Below are positions 16,879-25,890 of a DNA stretch of 64,000 bases, in pieces. Position numbers and translations under genes: made by a program. Below the pieces are notes generated by a model that was not told where the DNA came from, searched no databases, and worked only from the letters and a program-made list of their open reading frames with translations. The stretch is taken from assembly GCA_965651265.1 (NCBI GenBank), contig CBFGRV010000005.1:7708-71707 (forward strand), written 5' to 3'. Positions within the stretch are counted from its first letter, which is position 1, and each line of letters starts with the position of its first letter. The stretch is from an uncultured Rhodothermales bacterium (GTDB lineage: Bacteria > Bacteroidota > Rhodothermia > Rhodothermales > VXPQ01).

Positions 16879-17909
16879 GGTCGCTGATGCGGCTTTAGAT
16901 TGAGAGTGCACACACAGCGCCGGCAAATCGGATCCTCCACCATGTCGAGGTGCGCTCGAAATTCGGCGGCACGATTTCCGTTGACGATCTCGGTGAGGGG
17001 CTGCTCGCGGATGTTGCCGATAGGCGCATGGAAAAAGCATGGGCGAACGGTCCCATCGGCCTCGACGACGGCCGACACCCACGGCGCATTGCATTGAGGC
17101 ACGGCAAACGTGTCTTCGTCGATGAGCGCTCGATAATAGCGCACGAGTCCTCGGATCTGATCCGGCGACTCGGCGACGAATCCGGATGAAAAGTCCTTGC
17201 GATGCGTGCGCAGGAGCGCATTCACGACGAGGTCGAAATGAGTGATCTCCTCAGGAGTCAGGGCGACATCGGCCGTGCCCTGCCAGGGGATCTCGCGATT
17301 GAACGCGCTGCTCGAGACGTCCGCCGCCAGAAACGAGATGCGATCGACGGGGAGGGCCTTTGCGGTATCGATGATGTTGGCGATGTCGAAGTAGTTTCGG
17401 CGCTGGATTACGCATCGAGCCGTGATGCGCATCTTGGGCTTTACCGCTCGAAGCGCCTTTACGCCTGCCTGCAGCTTCGCACTCGCTCCATCCACATTTC
17501 GGATGCGGTCGTGTACACGTGGGCTGCCATCGAGCGAGACGATCACCTCGTGGCACCATTTCGCGATTTCCTCCGCATGCGGTTTCAGGAGGATGCCGGA
17601 GCTGAGAAGGGTGATCTTGATCTTTAGCTGCCGAAGCAGCTGGCACAATACCCAGAGGTTGCTGTGCATCAGGGCCTCGCCGCCGGAAAGCACGACCCGC
17701 CGCACGCGCAACCGTTTGAAATCTGCCAGATGCGGCGCGATGTCGTCGGTAGTCAGCTCGCGCCGCTCACGATTCGCCTTCCAGATGTCGCACATCACGC
17801 AGCGGCAGTTGCAGCCGCTGTGCGGCATCAAGACGAGAACCGGAAGCGCCCGGATCTTTCCGTTCGCCAGCGACCGCTTTCTCTGGATGTAGTCAATCGG
17901 AGATACCAT
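16875..17909 (-). CDS. Radical SAM protein with C-terminal SPASM/twitch-type auxiliary-cluster region
   Basis: CX3CX2C motif (SGCNCRCVMC) and SGGEALMH. C-terminal CX12GX4C (CNAPWVSAVVEADGTVRPC) followed by CRRCVC. Confidence 0.8.
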   Translation of the reverse strand: MVSPIDYIQRKRSLANGKIRALPVLVLMPHSGCNCRCVMCDIWKANRERRELTTDDIAPHLADFKRLRVRRVVLSGGEALMHSNLWVLCQLLRQLKIKITLLSSGILLKPHAEEIAKWCHEVIVSLDGSPRVHDRIRNVDGASAKLQAGVKALRAVKPKMRITARCVIQRRNYFDIANIIDTAKALPVDRISFLAADVSSSAFNREIPWQGTADVALTPEEITHFDLVVNALLRTHRKDFSSGFVAESPDQIRGLVRYYRALIDEDTFAVPQCNAPWVSAVVEADGTVRPCFFHAPIGNIREQPLTEIVNGNRAAEFRAHLDMVEDPICRRCVCTLNLKPHQRP

Positions 17910-17948
17910 TCGCCAAGCACAAAAGGAGAATCCCGCCCGAATGCCGCC

Positions 17949-19442
17949 TCAAAACCCCGTGGTTTCCGGCCTCTGATACCGGATCAGCTTCTGGAGGGCG
18001 AGCAGCTCGAGCGGCATCGCGTAGATCTGGAGTCGATAACGCCAGGCGCTGAGCCCGCGGAGCAGCAGGCGCATTCCGGGGCTCAATTTCGTGTCTGTGA
18101 CGGTAGGATAAAAGGCGTTCACGACGCGTTCGAAATTCCGAACCCGTCGCCGCAACGGATCCCTCAACCACCACGATACTCCGGTGCGTCGCTGCGCGAA
18201 TTCTTGCCACTCCTCACTGACCCACTCGTCTAGCGCTGTCGGGAATCGAAAGCCACTCGCCACCGCACTGTCATACAGCTCGCCGGCGAGAGGCACCGGG
18301 GTGTACATGTAAAAGATGGTTTCGGCATCCGGATGGACGGCCTTAAGGCGCCGCACGAATCGAAGCGTTTCGGCCACATCACGCTCCGGTTCCGGTGGAT
18401 TGCCGAGTACGAAGGAGAATTCCGGGATGATGCCGTACGATCGCATCACGGCGGCGAGCTCGAGCGTTGCCTCGGCTGAGGCCTTTCCGCCTTTGTTCAT
18501 TCGGCGGAGCGTTTCATCCGACCCCGATTCGGCGCCCAGGAAAACCATCCGAAGACCGCTTCGCTGCATCAGTCGCCAGGTTGCCGCATCGTACTTGAGC
18601 AGCGTGTCGATGCGTGCCTCACCCCACCATCCGATACCGTGATGTGCGATGCGGTCGGCGAATTCGGCCGTCCGTTTCTCACTAACGAAAAAGTTGTTGT
18701 CGTAAAATTCCACGGCATCGGCGCCAAAGCGATCGACAAGGTGCGTAACCGTCGCAGCCGTGCGTTCCGCCGATTGCGCCTTCCACCGACCATCTACCAT
18801 GTTCACGACCGCACAGAAGTTGCATCGAAAGGGGCAGCCGTAGCTCGAGTGATGAGGCAGCGTGCGCACACCCATAAAAGTGCGACGGACGTAGCGCTCT
18901 ACGGGCACGCGATGGTAGGGGAAATCGGGCAGATCATCAGGATCTGGAATAGGGGCCGGCGCCACCGCTTCCCGTGCCGACGTACTCGTGACGACACCTG
19001 GGATTCCGTCCGTGCTGCGCCCCTCGCGCAGCGCCCTGAGAAACGACAGGAAGCAATGCTCGCCGTGTCCGGCAACAACCACATCGACATAATCCGATCG
19101 AAGGCACACCTCGGCATGCTGCGTGGGGAAGTACCCGCCCCAGACGATCTTAACATCCGGCCGCTCGCGCCGCAGCCGCCGGGCCGCACGCACGGCATCC
19201 GTCAGCTGCGGTCCCCCCATCACCGTAATGCCCAGCACCGTCGCGCCCAGATCATCGATGGCGCTCACCAGGTCTTCGTGCCTCTCCAGATTGCCATCCA
19301 CGATCCGGTAATCGAACTCACCCTCCAGCAGAGCACCGACGGCGAGCAGGGCCATCGGAAGGACGGGCTTGCGCGAGGCGGAACTCTGGGGATTGTAGAG
19401 GATGACGGTTGGATGCCGCATGGAGCGAATGGTGTGCCTCAC
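17949..19442 (-). CDS. B12-binding-domain radical SAM protein (class B), paralog 3
   Basis: N-terminal Rossmann-like cobalamin-binding region (VILYNPQSS..LPMALLAVGALL..ATVLGITVMGG). Radical SAM motif YGCPFRCNFC. GTG 19442 forms a GTGA overlap with the upstream stop; alternative ATG at 19421. Confidence 0.8.
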   Translation of the reverse strand: MRHTIRSMRHPTVILYNPQSSASRKPVLPMALLAVGALLEGEFDYRIVDGNLERHEDLVSAIDDLGATVLGITVMGGPQLTDAVRAARRLRRERPDVKIVWGGYFPTQHAEVCLRSDYVDVVVAGHGEHCFLSFLRALREGRSTDGIPGVVTSTSAREAVAPAPIPDPDDLPDFPYHRVPVERYVRRTFMGVRTLPHHSSYGCPFRCNFCAVVNMVDGRWKAQSAERTAATVTHLVDRFGADAVEFYDNNFFVSEKRTAEFADRIAHHGIGWWGEARIDTLLKYDAATWRLMQRSGLRMVFLGAESGSDETLRRMNKGGKASAEATLELAAVMRSYGIIPEFSFVLGNPPEPERDVAETLRFVRRLKAVHPDAETIFYMYTPVPLAGELYDSAVASGFRFPTALDEWVSEEWQEFAQRRTGVSWWLRDPLRRRVRNFERVVNAFYPTVTDTKLSPGMRLLLRGLSAWRYRLQIYAMPLELLALQKLIRYQRPETTGF

Positions 19443-21124
19443 ATCACGCTGAAAACAGTTAACGTCTCGTTCCAGTGACGCTTCTCGTCAACGCGTGCGA
19501 GTCGGTATCCACTCGCCTCCAGAAGCCGGAGGTATTCATCGGACACCCCATCCGAAGACAGCACGATCAGCGCTATTCCTTCAGGATTGAGGTGCTGCCG
19601 CAGATTCGCAGAGAAGCGGGACATAACGTCGTCAGACCGCCATGCGAGATCGAACGTCGACCTCGGTGAACCGCAGTAGTACGGGGGATTGAAGAGGACG
19701 ACGTCAAATCTCCCGAGGTCGCCGAAGAGGTCGGCTTCGAGGGCCTCGATTCGGACACCGTTCTCCGCAGCGTTCTGGCGCGTCGTGGTCACGGCCAACG
19801 GATTGATGTCGACGGCGATGACGTCTGCTCCACGAAGCGCCGCCGCGATGCCGCAGATGCCTGTTCCGCAACCCAGATCGAGGACGCGCGCGCCACGCGG
19901 TAGCAGGTCATCCAGAATGAGGCCGGCGAGATATGCACCGGAGCGAAACACGATGGGATGGAAGAGGCCGGGCGAAATTCGAAGCGATATGCCGCGGAAA
20001 CACTCGACCACCGGACGCTCCAGCCGATGCCGCTGGGCCAAGACGAACCGCAACCGAAGCGCATTCCGTCCGACAGCCTGAAGGATGCGGTGCGGCTTCA
20101 TCTCGACGATCGCGACGCCGGATGGCAGGTGGGTCCGCCCCTCGAGTAGCGGGAAATCTGCCGTTCCACGGCGATTTCGAATACCGGCTACGAGCCTGCG
20201 TGCGCTCCATCGAAGGCCATGCTTCGGCCGGTGCACGGTCCAGGTGATTCTGCAAGCGGCCGAGAGCTGCCGCATTCGCTCATGCGTGAGAAAGTTCTCG
20301 GAGGCCAGCGCATCCGATGCTATTCCGTACTGGCGCGCAAATCTCTGCCGGCGCTCCTCCACCATCCGCATGCCGCTTCGGGGCGAGCGATACACAGGCG
20401 AGTCGACGACGGCGATCTTACCCTGCGGGCCAAGGACGCGTATCGCCTCTCCCAGTGTGGCCTCATACCGTTCGGAATAGTGGAGAGCGGCATTGAAAAT
20501 CACGAGGTCGAAGCTGGCCGATTCGAAAGGGAGTCGATCATAGTCAGCGGCAACGCATGCGAAATTGCTTGAGTAATGGACGCGAGCTCCTAGTCCGTCG
20601 AGGCTGTCCGTGCGGACATCCACAGCGCAGACGCGGTGACCCCGCAGAGCCAGCCTGTTGGACATCCATCCGTTTCCCGCGCCGACATCGAGAATGCGCA
20701 GAGGCTCAACGAGGTCGGAGCGCATCCGTTCGAGCGGATGGACGAGCTTTTCGAGCAGGCAATCGAAACTTGCTGCGCGGATCCTCCAGTCCCGGGAGAA
20801 TCGCCCGGTGACGTCGACATACGGTAGCGCGCGATAGTATTCCGACGCCGGGTTCCCGCGGCCCTCGCGGCGCCGGATCAAACCGTATTCCGCGACGAAT
20901 CGGCGGAGCCTGTCGAGCCGATCGGGCGCGATCATCTCCCAGATGCCGTTCACCCTGTGGAACGTGACACCCTGGTGGCTGCAGCGCAGCTCGTCAACTC
21001 CGATGGAGACGAGTGGGGCGCCACACATCGGACACGCTAACCGGAGCCACTCGGCTGCCGGATCGATATCGGATGCTGCCTTATGCCCTGCCGCAAAGGT
21101 TTCCGTTGGGCTATGTTCACTCAT
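19439..21124 (-). CDS. Fusion protein: Zn-ribbon + class I SAM methyltransferase + second small-domain (HemK/PrmC-like, NPPY) methyltransferase
   Basis: Zn-ribbon LACPMCGAPL..LRCSHQG. First motif I ILDVGAGNGW with FDLVIFNAALHY. Second motif I VLDLGCGTGICG with FDVVLFNPPYY (NPPY). ATGA overlaps at both ends. Confidence 0.7.
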   Translation of the reverse strand: MSEHSPTETFAAGHKAASDIDPAAEWLRLACPMCGAPLVSIGVDELRCSHQGVTFHRVNGIWEMIAPDRLDRLRRFVAEYGLIRRREGRGNPASEYYRALPYVDVTGRFSRDWRIRAASFDCLLEKLVHPLERMRSDLVEPLRILDVGAGNGWMSNRLALRGHRVCAVDVRTDSLDGLGARVHYSSNFACVAADYDRLPFESASFDLVIFNAALHYSERYEATLGEAIRVLGPQGKIAVVDSPVYRSPRSGMRMVEERRQRFARQYGIASDALASENFLTHERMRQLSAACRITWTVHRPKHGLRWSARRLVAGIRNRRGTADFPLLEGRTHLPSGVAIVEMKPHRILQAVGRNALRLRFVLAQRHRLERPVVECFRGISLRISPGLFHPIVFRSGAYLAGLILDDLLPRGARVLDLGCGTGICGIAAALRGADVIAVDINPLAVTTTRQNAAENGVRIEALEADLFGDLGRFDVVLFNPPYYCGSPRSTFDLAWRSDDVMSRFSANLRQHLNPEGIALIVLSSDGVSDEYLRLLEASGYRLARVDEKRHWNETLTVFSVM

Positions 21125-21954
21125 CGCCGCCGCATCTCGATGATGAAATGATCGCTCAGGTTGGCCGCGACTCGCAGGTGCCGGATCGGTTGCTCCAGGC
21201 GAAAGAGGCTATTGGCAAGAACCGGCCGCTTCTCGATCAATGAGGCCGCGTAGGAGGGGGGAATCAGCACGCCCATTGCCGATGTCCGCACCGTATCAAA
21301 GTGAGGGCTGAATTCGCGCGCTATTGCGGCCGGTGTGGTGTAGTGCACGGTAGCCCCTCGAAATGGGGCCGCCCCGCCTAGCCGGCGGAACGCACTCCGA
21401 GGCCGACCGCGCGCCAGGTACCAGCCCCACTCCCAGGGGCAGTACCTCCCAATCACGACAAAAAGAGCCCATCCCTCCGGCCGGACCACGCGAGCGAGGC
21501 GTTGCGCGAAAGCGGGTCGATCTGCAATACAATTGAGGACCCCGAAGTTCGCCAGCGCCAGATCGAAGGGGCCATCTGGCAGGTGGCCGGTGGCGACGTC
21601 GGCGACCTCGAACGTCGGCTCGGCGCCGAGCGGTAGGGCAGCCTGGGCTGCCTTTGCCCGCGCGAGCCCAATCATTCGGGGTGAAGCATCGATCCCAAGA
21701 GCGCGTATGCCCCGTCTTGCAAGCCAGAGGACATCCTCGCCGGTGCCGCATCCAAGGTCGAGCACACGATCACCGGCATGGGTGATTCGTGCAAGCTCGT
21801 TGTGCACGATGCCGCGAAGACGCCTCGCGACCTGCGTGTTTGAGAATTCCGAATCGTACCCATCCGCCACCTCGTCGAATGTCGGAGGAGTGCCAACGTC
21901 TGGCCATGTCGTGTTCCGTGCGCTACGCATGGACCCGGCCTGGCTCGCGTTCAT
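21121..21954 (-). CDS. Class I SAM-dependent methyltransferase
   Basis: Motif I VLDLGCGTGEDVLWLARRG and post-I GIDASPRM. Alternative ATG at 21930 would reduce the overlap with the upstream gene from 32 to 8 nt. Confidence 0.75.
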   Translation of the reverse strand: MNASQAGSMRSARNTTWPDVGTPPTFDEVADGYDSEFSNTQVARRLRGIVHNELARITHAGDRVLDLGCGTGEDVLWLARRGIRALGIDASPRMIGLARAKAAQAALPLGAEPTFEVADVATGHLPDGPFDLALANFGVLNCIADRPAFAQRLARVVRPEGWALFVVIGRYCPWEWGWYLARGRPRSAFRRLGGAAPFRGATVHYTTPAAIAREFSPHFDTVRTSAMGVLIPPSYAASLIEKRPVLANSLFRLEQPIRHLRVAANLSDHFIIEMRRR

Positions 21955-23329
21955 GGCCCGTCAGCAGCATTCCGATCCGGCCGGCCTGGGACGCAACGAA
22001 ATGCCGCGCGAGATGGACGGGGTTCGATGCGCCTCGCTGCCGTTCGCGATGCAGCGCCCACGTGTTCACCACCCAACGGTTAGCGTGGACGAAGTACCGA
22101 CGCGAGCGGCGTCCAGCCACCGTGAGATCGCGATCCGACCCATCACTCCACGATCTCAGCGCCACGACGCGGTCCGCCACCTCTTCGTAGTAGGGGGTGC
22201 CTTTTATGGGATAGGCAAGCGTGGTCAGGAGCCGATCCGGCATCGCCCTTTTCAGGCATTCGACCGTTTCGCGCAGGTCAGCTTCCGTCTCACCTTCGTA
22301 GCCAAGCATGATGAACATCCCCGCCTCGATTCCATGTCGCTGCAGAAGCTGGACGACCTCCGGCACGCGTGCGGCGTTCGTGCGGCGCTTCATCCGATCC
22401 AGGACGCTCTGAGACCCGCTCTCGCTGCCGATCCACAATCTAAAGCACCCCATTTCCGCCAGCCTCCGCGCGACCTCCTCATCGATTCGATCCTCACGCG
22501 AGATCGTTTCAAAAGGAATCCGGATCGAACGCCGCTCGAGCTCGTCCGCGTAGGCGCGAAACCAGCTTGGCTTGATGGTGAACACGTCATCCGCGTACCA
22601 CAACATGTCGGGTCGATATCGATCCAGGATGAACTCCACTTCGTCGGCCACATTCTGCGGTGAGCGCCGCCTGTGCGAGTAGCCGAAAACGGAGTGGCTG
22701 CACCACGTGCACGTGTACGGGCATCCGCGTGCGGTGATGAGCGAGACGGAGCCGCGCCCGTGATGCCTGCGCCACGCTTCCAGATAAAGATCCAGGTCGA
22801 TGGCCGCTCGATCCGGAAAGGGGAGGGCATCCAGATTCTGGATGAACGGGCGCGGGGGCGTCGCGATGATCTCATCACCTTGCTTGAACGCGATGCCGGC
22901 AATGCCATGAAGTTGCTGCAGACCGCTCTCGATCAGATGCGGCAAGAGCTCGCGCATGGTCGCCTCTCCCTCGCCAATCACGACGACATCCGCGCCGTGC
23001 GCCAGATACCTATCTGGATAGTTGGCCGGCTCCGGACCGCCAACGACGACCCTTGCCCCGTACCGCCTGGCCGTATGGATCAAGCGAAGAGCCGACGGCC
23101 TCGTGATCAGATTGCAGTAGATGCCGACAACAGGCGGCCGATCTTGTTGAAGGATGCGCTCGAATTCCGTGCGGTGCCTGAACGTAGAATCGAAGACGGC
23201 TACATCAAAGTCGTGAGCCTTGAGGTATGCAGAGATATAGAGCAACCCCAGCGGCGGATAGGGGCGCATCACCTCGCGTTCCTGCGGGTCCTCGCTGAGG
23301 AAATAGGCGTGCGTCAGAAGGACATCCAT
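21923..23329 (-). CDS. B12-binding-domain radical SAM protein (class B), paralog 2
   Basis: MDVLLTHAYFLSEDPQEREVMRPYPPLGLLYISAYL.., VVIGEGE, and radical SAM motif RGCPYTCTWC. Clearly paralogous to the next gene upstream. Confidence 0.8.
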   Translation of the reverse strand: MDVLLTHAYFLSEDPQEREVMRPYPPLGLLYISAYLKAHDFDVAVFDSTFRHRTEFERILQQDRPPVVGIYCNLITRPSALRLIHTARRYGARVVVGGPEPANYPDRYLAHGADVVVIGEGEATMRELLPHLIESGLQQLHGIAGIAFKQGDEIIATPPRPFIQNLDALPFPDRAAIDLDLYLEAWRRHHGRGSVSLITARGCPYTCTWCSHSVFGYSHRRRSPQNVADEVEFILDRYRPDMLWYADDVFTIKPSWFRAYADELERRSIRIPFETISREDRIDEEVARRLAEMGCFRLWIGSESGSQSVLDRMKRRTNAARVPEVVQLLQRHGIEAGMFIMLGYEGETEADLRETVECLKRAMPDRLLTTLAYPIKGTPYYEEVADRVVALRSWSDGSDRDLTVAGRRSRRYFVHANRWVVNTWALHRERQRGASNPVHLARHFVASQAGRIGMLLTGHEREPGRVHA

Positions 23330-24762
23330 GCTCGGCGCCGGGCGACGGGGAGAGTGATGCCATGGTAGAGGAGAGCGGCTGCCTCACGAAGCAGCTCGGC
23401 AGGACGGAGACGCGTTTCGCGCTTCGCAAAGTACTCGCGGAGCCTGGCAGACGCTTTGCGCATCCTGAATTCCTTGTGGAGGGTGCTGTGCAACCGTCGG
23501 TACACCTCGGTTCCGAAGGCGCCCCTGTACATCATCGCGAGGTCGTCCGAATCCGTCCAGTTCTGCTTGGCTCCGAGCTGGTCACGCACGCGGTCGAAGA
23601 ACGGTGTACCTGGAAGCGGATAGGACACGGAAACCCCGATTCGGTCCGGGTTGCATTCCCGCACGAGCGCGAACGTCGCCTCGATGTCCTCACGCGTCTC
23701 GCCGAGGTAGCCGAGCTGGATGAAGAAGCCCACCTCGATTCCGGCCTCGTGGAGCCGCCGCGTGGCTTCGCGCACTTGCTCGACTCGAATGCCTTTGTCC
23801 ATCGCATCGAGGACCTCTTGTGAGCCGGATTCCACGCCGGTCCATACCGACTCGCAGCCTGCGCGGCGGAGTGCCTCGATCTCGCCTGGACGGAGCAGCA
23901 AGTCGACACGGCTCAGGCACTTGAACGGCGTTCTAAGCCCTTGCTCTTCAACCAGACCGGCAAACCTCTGGAGCCATCCGGGTTTTATCCCCACGATATC
24001 GTCCATAAACCAGATGTGCTCCGCCCCGAAGCTATCCCGAAGAAGCTGCAGTTCTTCGACCACGTTCTCGGGAGAGCGCGCATGGTATCGCTGGCCCCAG
24101 ATTGGTTTCGCGCACCAATTGCAGTGGAAGGGGCATCCCCGCGAGGTCACGATGTTGAGCGAGAATCTGCCGTGCCGGCGCTCCCAGATGCCGCGGTACC
24201 GTTCGATGTCCACGAGGTCCCAAGCTGGGAGAGGGAGGTCGTCCAGGTTTCGGATGACGGCTCGGGGCGGGGTGCGCTCGACGCCGCCTGCGACCGGCAA
24301 CGCCAGGCCGTCGACTTCGTCTCGGTGGGCCCAATTTGCGAGGAGCTCGACGAGCGTGCGTTCACCCTCGCCGATGATCACGGCATCCGCACCGGCCGTC
24401 AAATAGGGCTCTGGCCGATCCGAGGCATCGGATCCCGCGACCACCACCCTGCATCCTCGCTGCTTTGCGGCGCCGATCATTCGCATCGCCGCCTCCCGCA
24501 TCCGGAGCAGGCACATCTTCGAGAGGTAGTTGAAGTTGTCTTCGTACAGAATGGCGAACGACGGACGATGGCGCTCCAGAGCCTGGGTCCATTCGTCCTC
24601 CGATGTGGCCAGCATCGAATCGTGTAGCGAGACATCCCATCCTTGCCCGCGAAGAACCGCCGCCGCATAGAGGGCGCCGAGCGGCGGATACGGCTCCATC
24701 GCGTCCCACAGTTTGGGATCGAAGCGGAGATGGTAGGCCTGTCCGATGAGAACGTCGCTCAT
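23314..24762 (-). CDS. B12-binding-domain radical SAM protein (class B), paralog 1
   Basis: Start at ATG 24762 (MSDVLIGQAYHLRFDPKLWDAMEPYPPLGALYAAAVL), an ATGA overlap with the upstream stop. AVIIGEGE. Radical SAM motif RGCPFHCNWC. Confidence 0.8.
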   Translation of the reverse strand: MSDVLIGQAYHLRFDPKLWDAMEPYPPLGALYAAAVLRGQGWDVSLHDSMLATSEDEWTQALERHRPSFAILYEDNFNYLSKMCLLRMREAAMRMIGAAKQRGCRVVVAGSDASDRPEPYLTAGADAVIIGEGERTLVELLANWAHRDEVDGLALPVAGGVERTPPRAVIRNLDDLPLPAWDLVDIERYRGIWERRHGRFSLNIVTSRGCPFHCNWCAKPIWGQRYHARSPENVVEELQLLRDSFGAEHIWFMDDIVGIKPGWLQRFAGLVEEQGLRTPFKCLSRVDLLLRPGEIEALRRAGCESVWTGVESGSQEVLDAMDKGIRVEQVREATRRLHEAGIEVGFFIQLGYLGETREDIEATFALVRECNPDRIGVSVSYPLPGTPFFDRVRDQLGAKQNWTDSDDLAMMYRGAFGTEVYRRLHSTLHKEFRMRKASARLREYFAKRETRLRPAELLREAAALLYHGITLPVARRRAWMSF

Positions 24763-25835
24763 GCCGCCGATCCGTATTCCCCTGCGAAAAGGCCTGGCCA
24801 GTCGTAAACGGCTTCGACCTCCGACCGATTGCGCATTTCCGGAGGGAAGAAAGGCGCGAGGTGGGCGTCGTCCGTCGAGCATCCGAGTGCCTTACGGATG
24901 CGCCGTTGGAAAAGGCATGCCACTACGCCGGCATAGCCACCCTCGGGCACGGTGTAGCGACCGAGCTTGTAGGCCGGCGCAATCCGCATCCAACACCAGC
25001 CTCGAAGAGAGGCGCGAGCGCGGTAGGCCTGGACGAAGGCGGAATACAGCAGCCTGTTCAGGGCATCGCCTACCCGGCCCAGCAGCATCCGCTCGACGAT
25101 GCGCGTCAAGAAGGGACGAGGTGGCTCCGGCACTCGATGATTCGTTTCGCCGGTCGCCGCGGTATTGGGCAGCAGCCGCGACGTCCACCGGTTTGCATGG
25201 CGAAATCTCGTGTGAACGTCCTTCCCCCAAAGTGGCACGGCCTGGACGATTTCGTGGGCCGTGAACAGATTCTCATCTGGAACCCGCAGGCAGGATTCAT
25301 CGAGCAGGTAGTTCGGACAGAGCCGGGCGTCGAAAAACGCGGTGCGTCGCGTCAAACGCGCCAGGGGAACGATAAACAGGCGAGAAATCCACAATCGATT
25401 CGATGCCGTGATGCAGAACAGATCGACATCGCACGTCGGACCCGCATTTCGAACGGCGAGCGATCCGGACACCGCCACCGACCGGACGAACGGGACGAAC
25501 CGGAGCCAACCGGCATATCGTTGTGCCTGCTTCCACAGTAGCCTGGCCCGCATTTCGCGTCGTCGCCGTAGACGGATCAAGCGTTCGCGGCCGCGAAGGC
25601 ACACAAACTTTCCCGTATCATAAAGGATGTCGGGCCCGATGTCGCTGAGGCACTGCGTCAGGCGGGCCCGGTCTAGTTGAACTCCGATCACACGGACCAG
25701 CAGCTCGTCGTGCGACAATGCAAAATCGAAGAGGTCGGCATAAACGACGGCAAGCAGGACGCCACGCCGCCGTTCATCCTCGTCGCTCTTGGTCGTTTGC
25801 AGGGGCGGGTCAACCAGTTCAGGCGAGATTTTCAT
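24759..25835 (-). CDS. Hypothetical protein with nucleotidyltransferase-fold (Pol-beta-like GS..DxD) signature; first gene of the radical SAM operon
   Basis: VSGSLAVRNAGPTCDVDLFCIT fits the G-S-x(9-13)-D-x-D minimal NTase motif. No other family was recognised. Start is ATG 25835 (MKISPE) or further upstream at 25865. Confidence 0.5.
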   Translation of the reverse strand: MKISPELVDPPLQTTKSDEDERRRGVLLAVVYADLFDFALSHDELLVRVIGVQLDRARLTQCLSDIGPDILYDTGKFVCLRGRERLIRLRRRREMRARLLWKQAQRYAGWLRFVPFVRSVAVSGSLAVRNAGPTCDVDLFCITASNRLWISRLFIVPLARLTRRTAFFDARLCPNYLLDESCLRVPDENLFTAHEIVQAVPLWGKDVHTRFRHANRWTSRLLPNTAATGETNHRVPEPPRPFLTRIVERMLLGRVGDALNRLLYSAFVQAYRARASLRGWCWMRIAPAYKLGRYTVPEGGYAGVVACLFQRRIRKALGCSTDDAHLAPFFPPEMRNRSEVEAVYDWPGLFAGEYGSAA

Positions 25836-25890
25836 GGGGCCGCACGGACTTCTGAACGAGCACAACGATGATCAACGGACTCAAGCGCCC

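Noticed and set aside
15796-25865. A RiPP precursor peptide gene inside the radical SAM operon
   Set aside because: Every junction but one is an overlap, and the only gap is 39 nt. All minus-strand ORFs of 60 aa or more in the span are alternative frames of the enzymes. A precursor encoded in trans cannot be excluded, so a RiPP function is neither supported nor ruled out.
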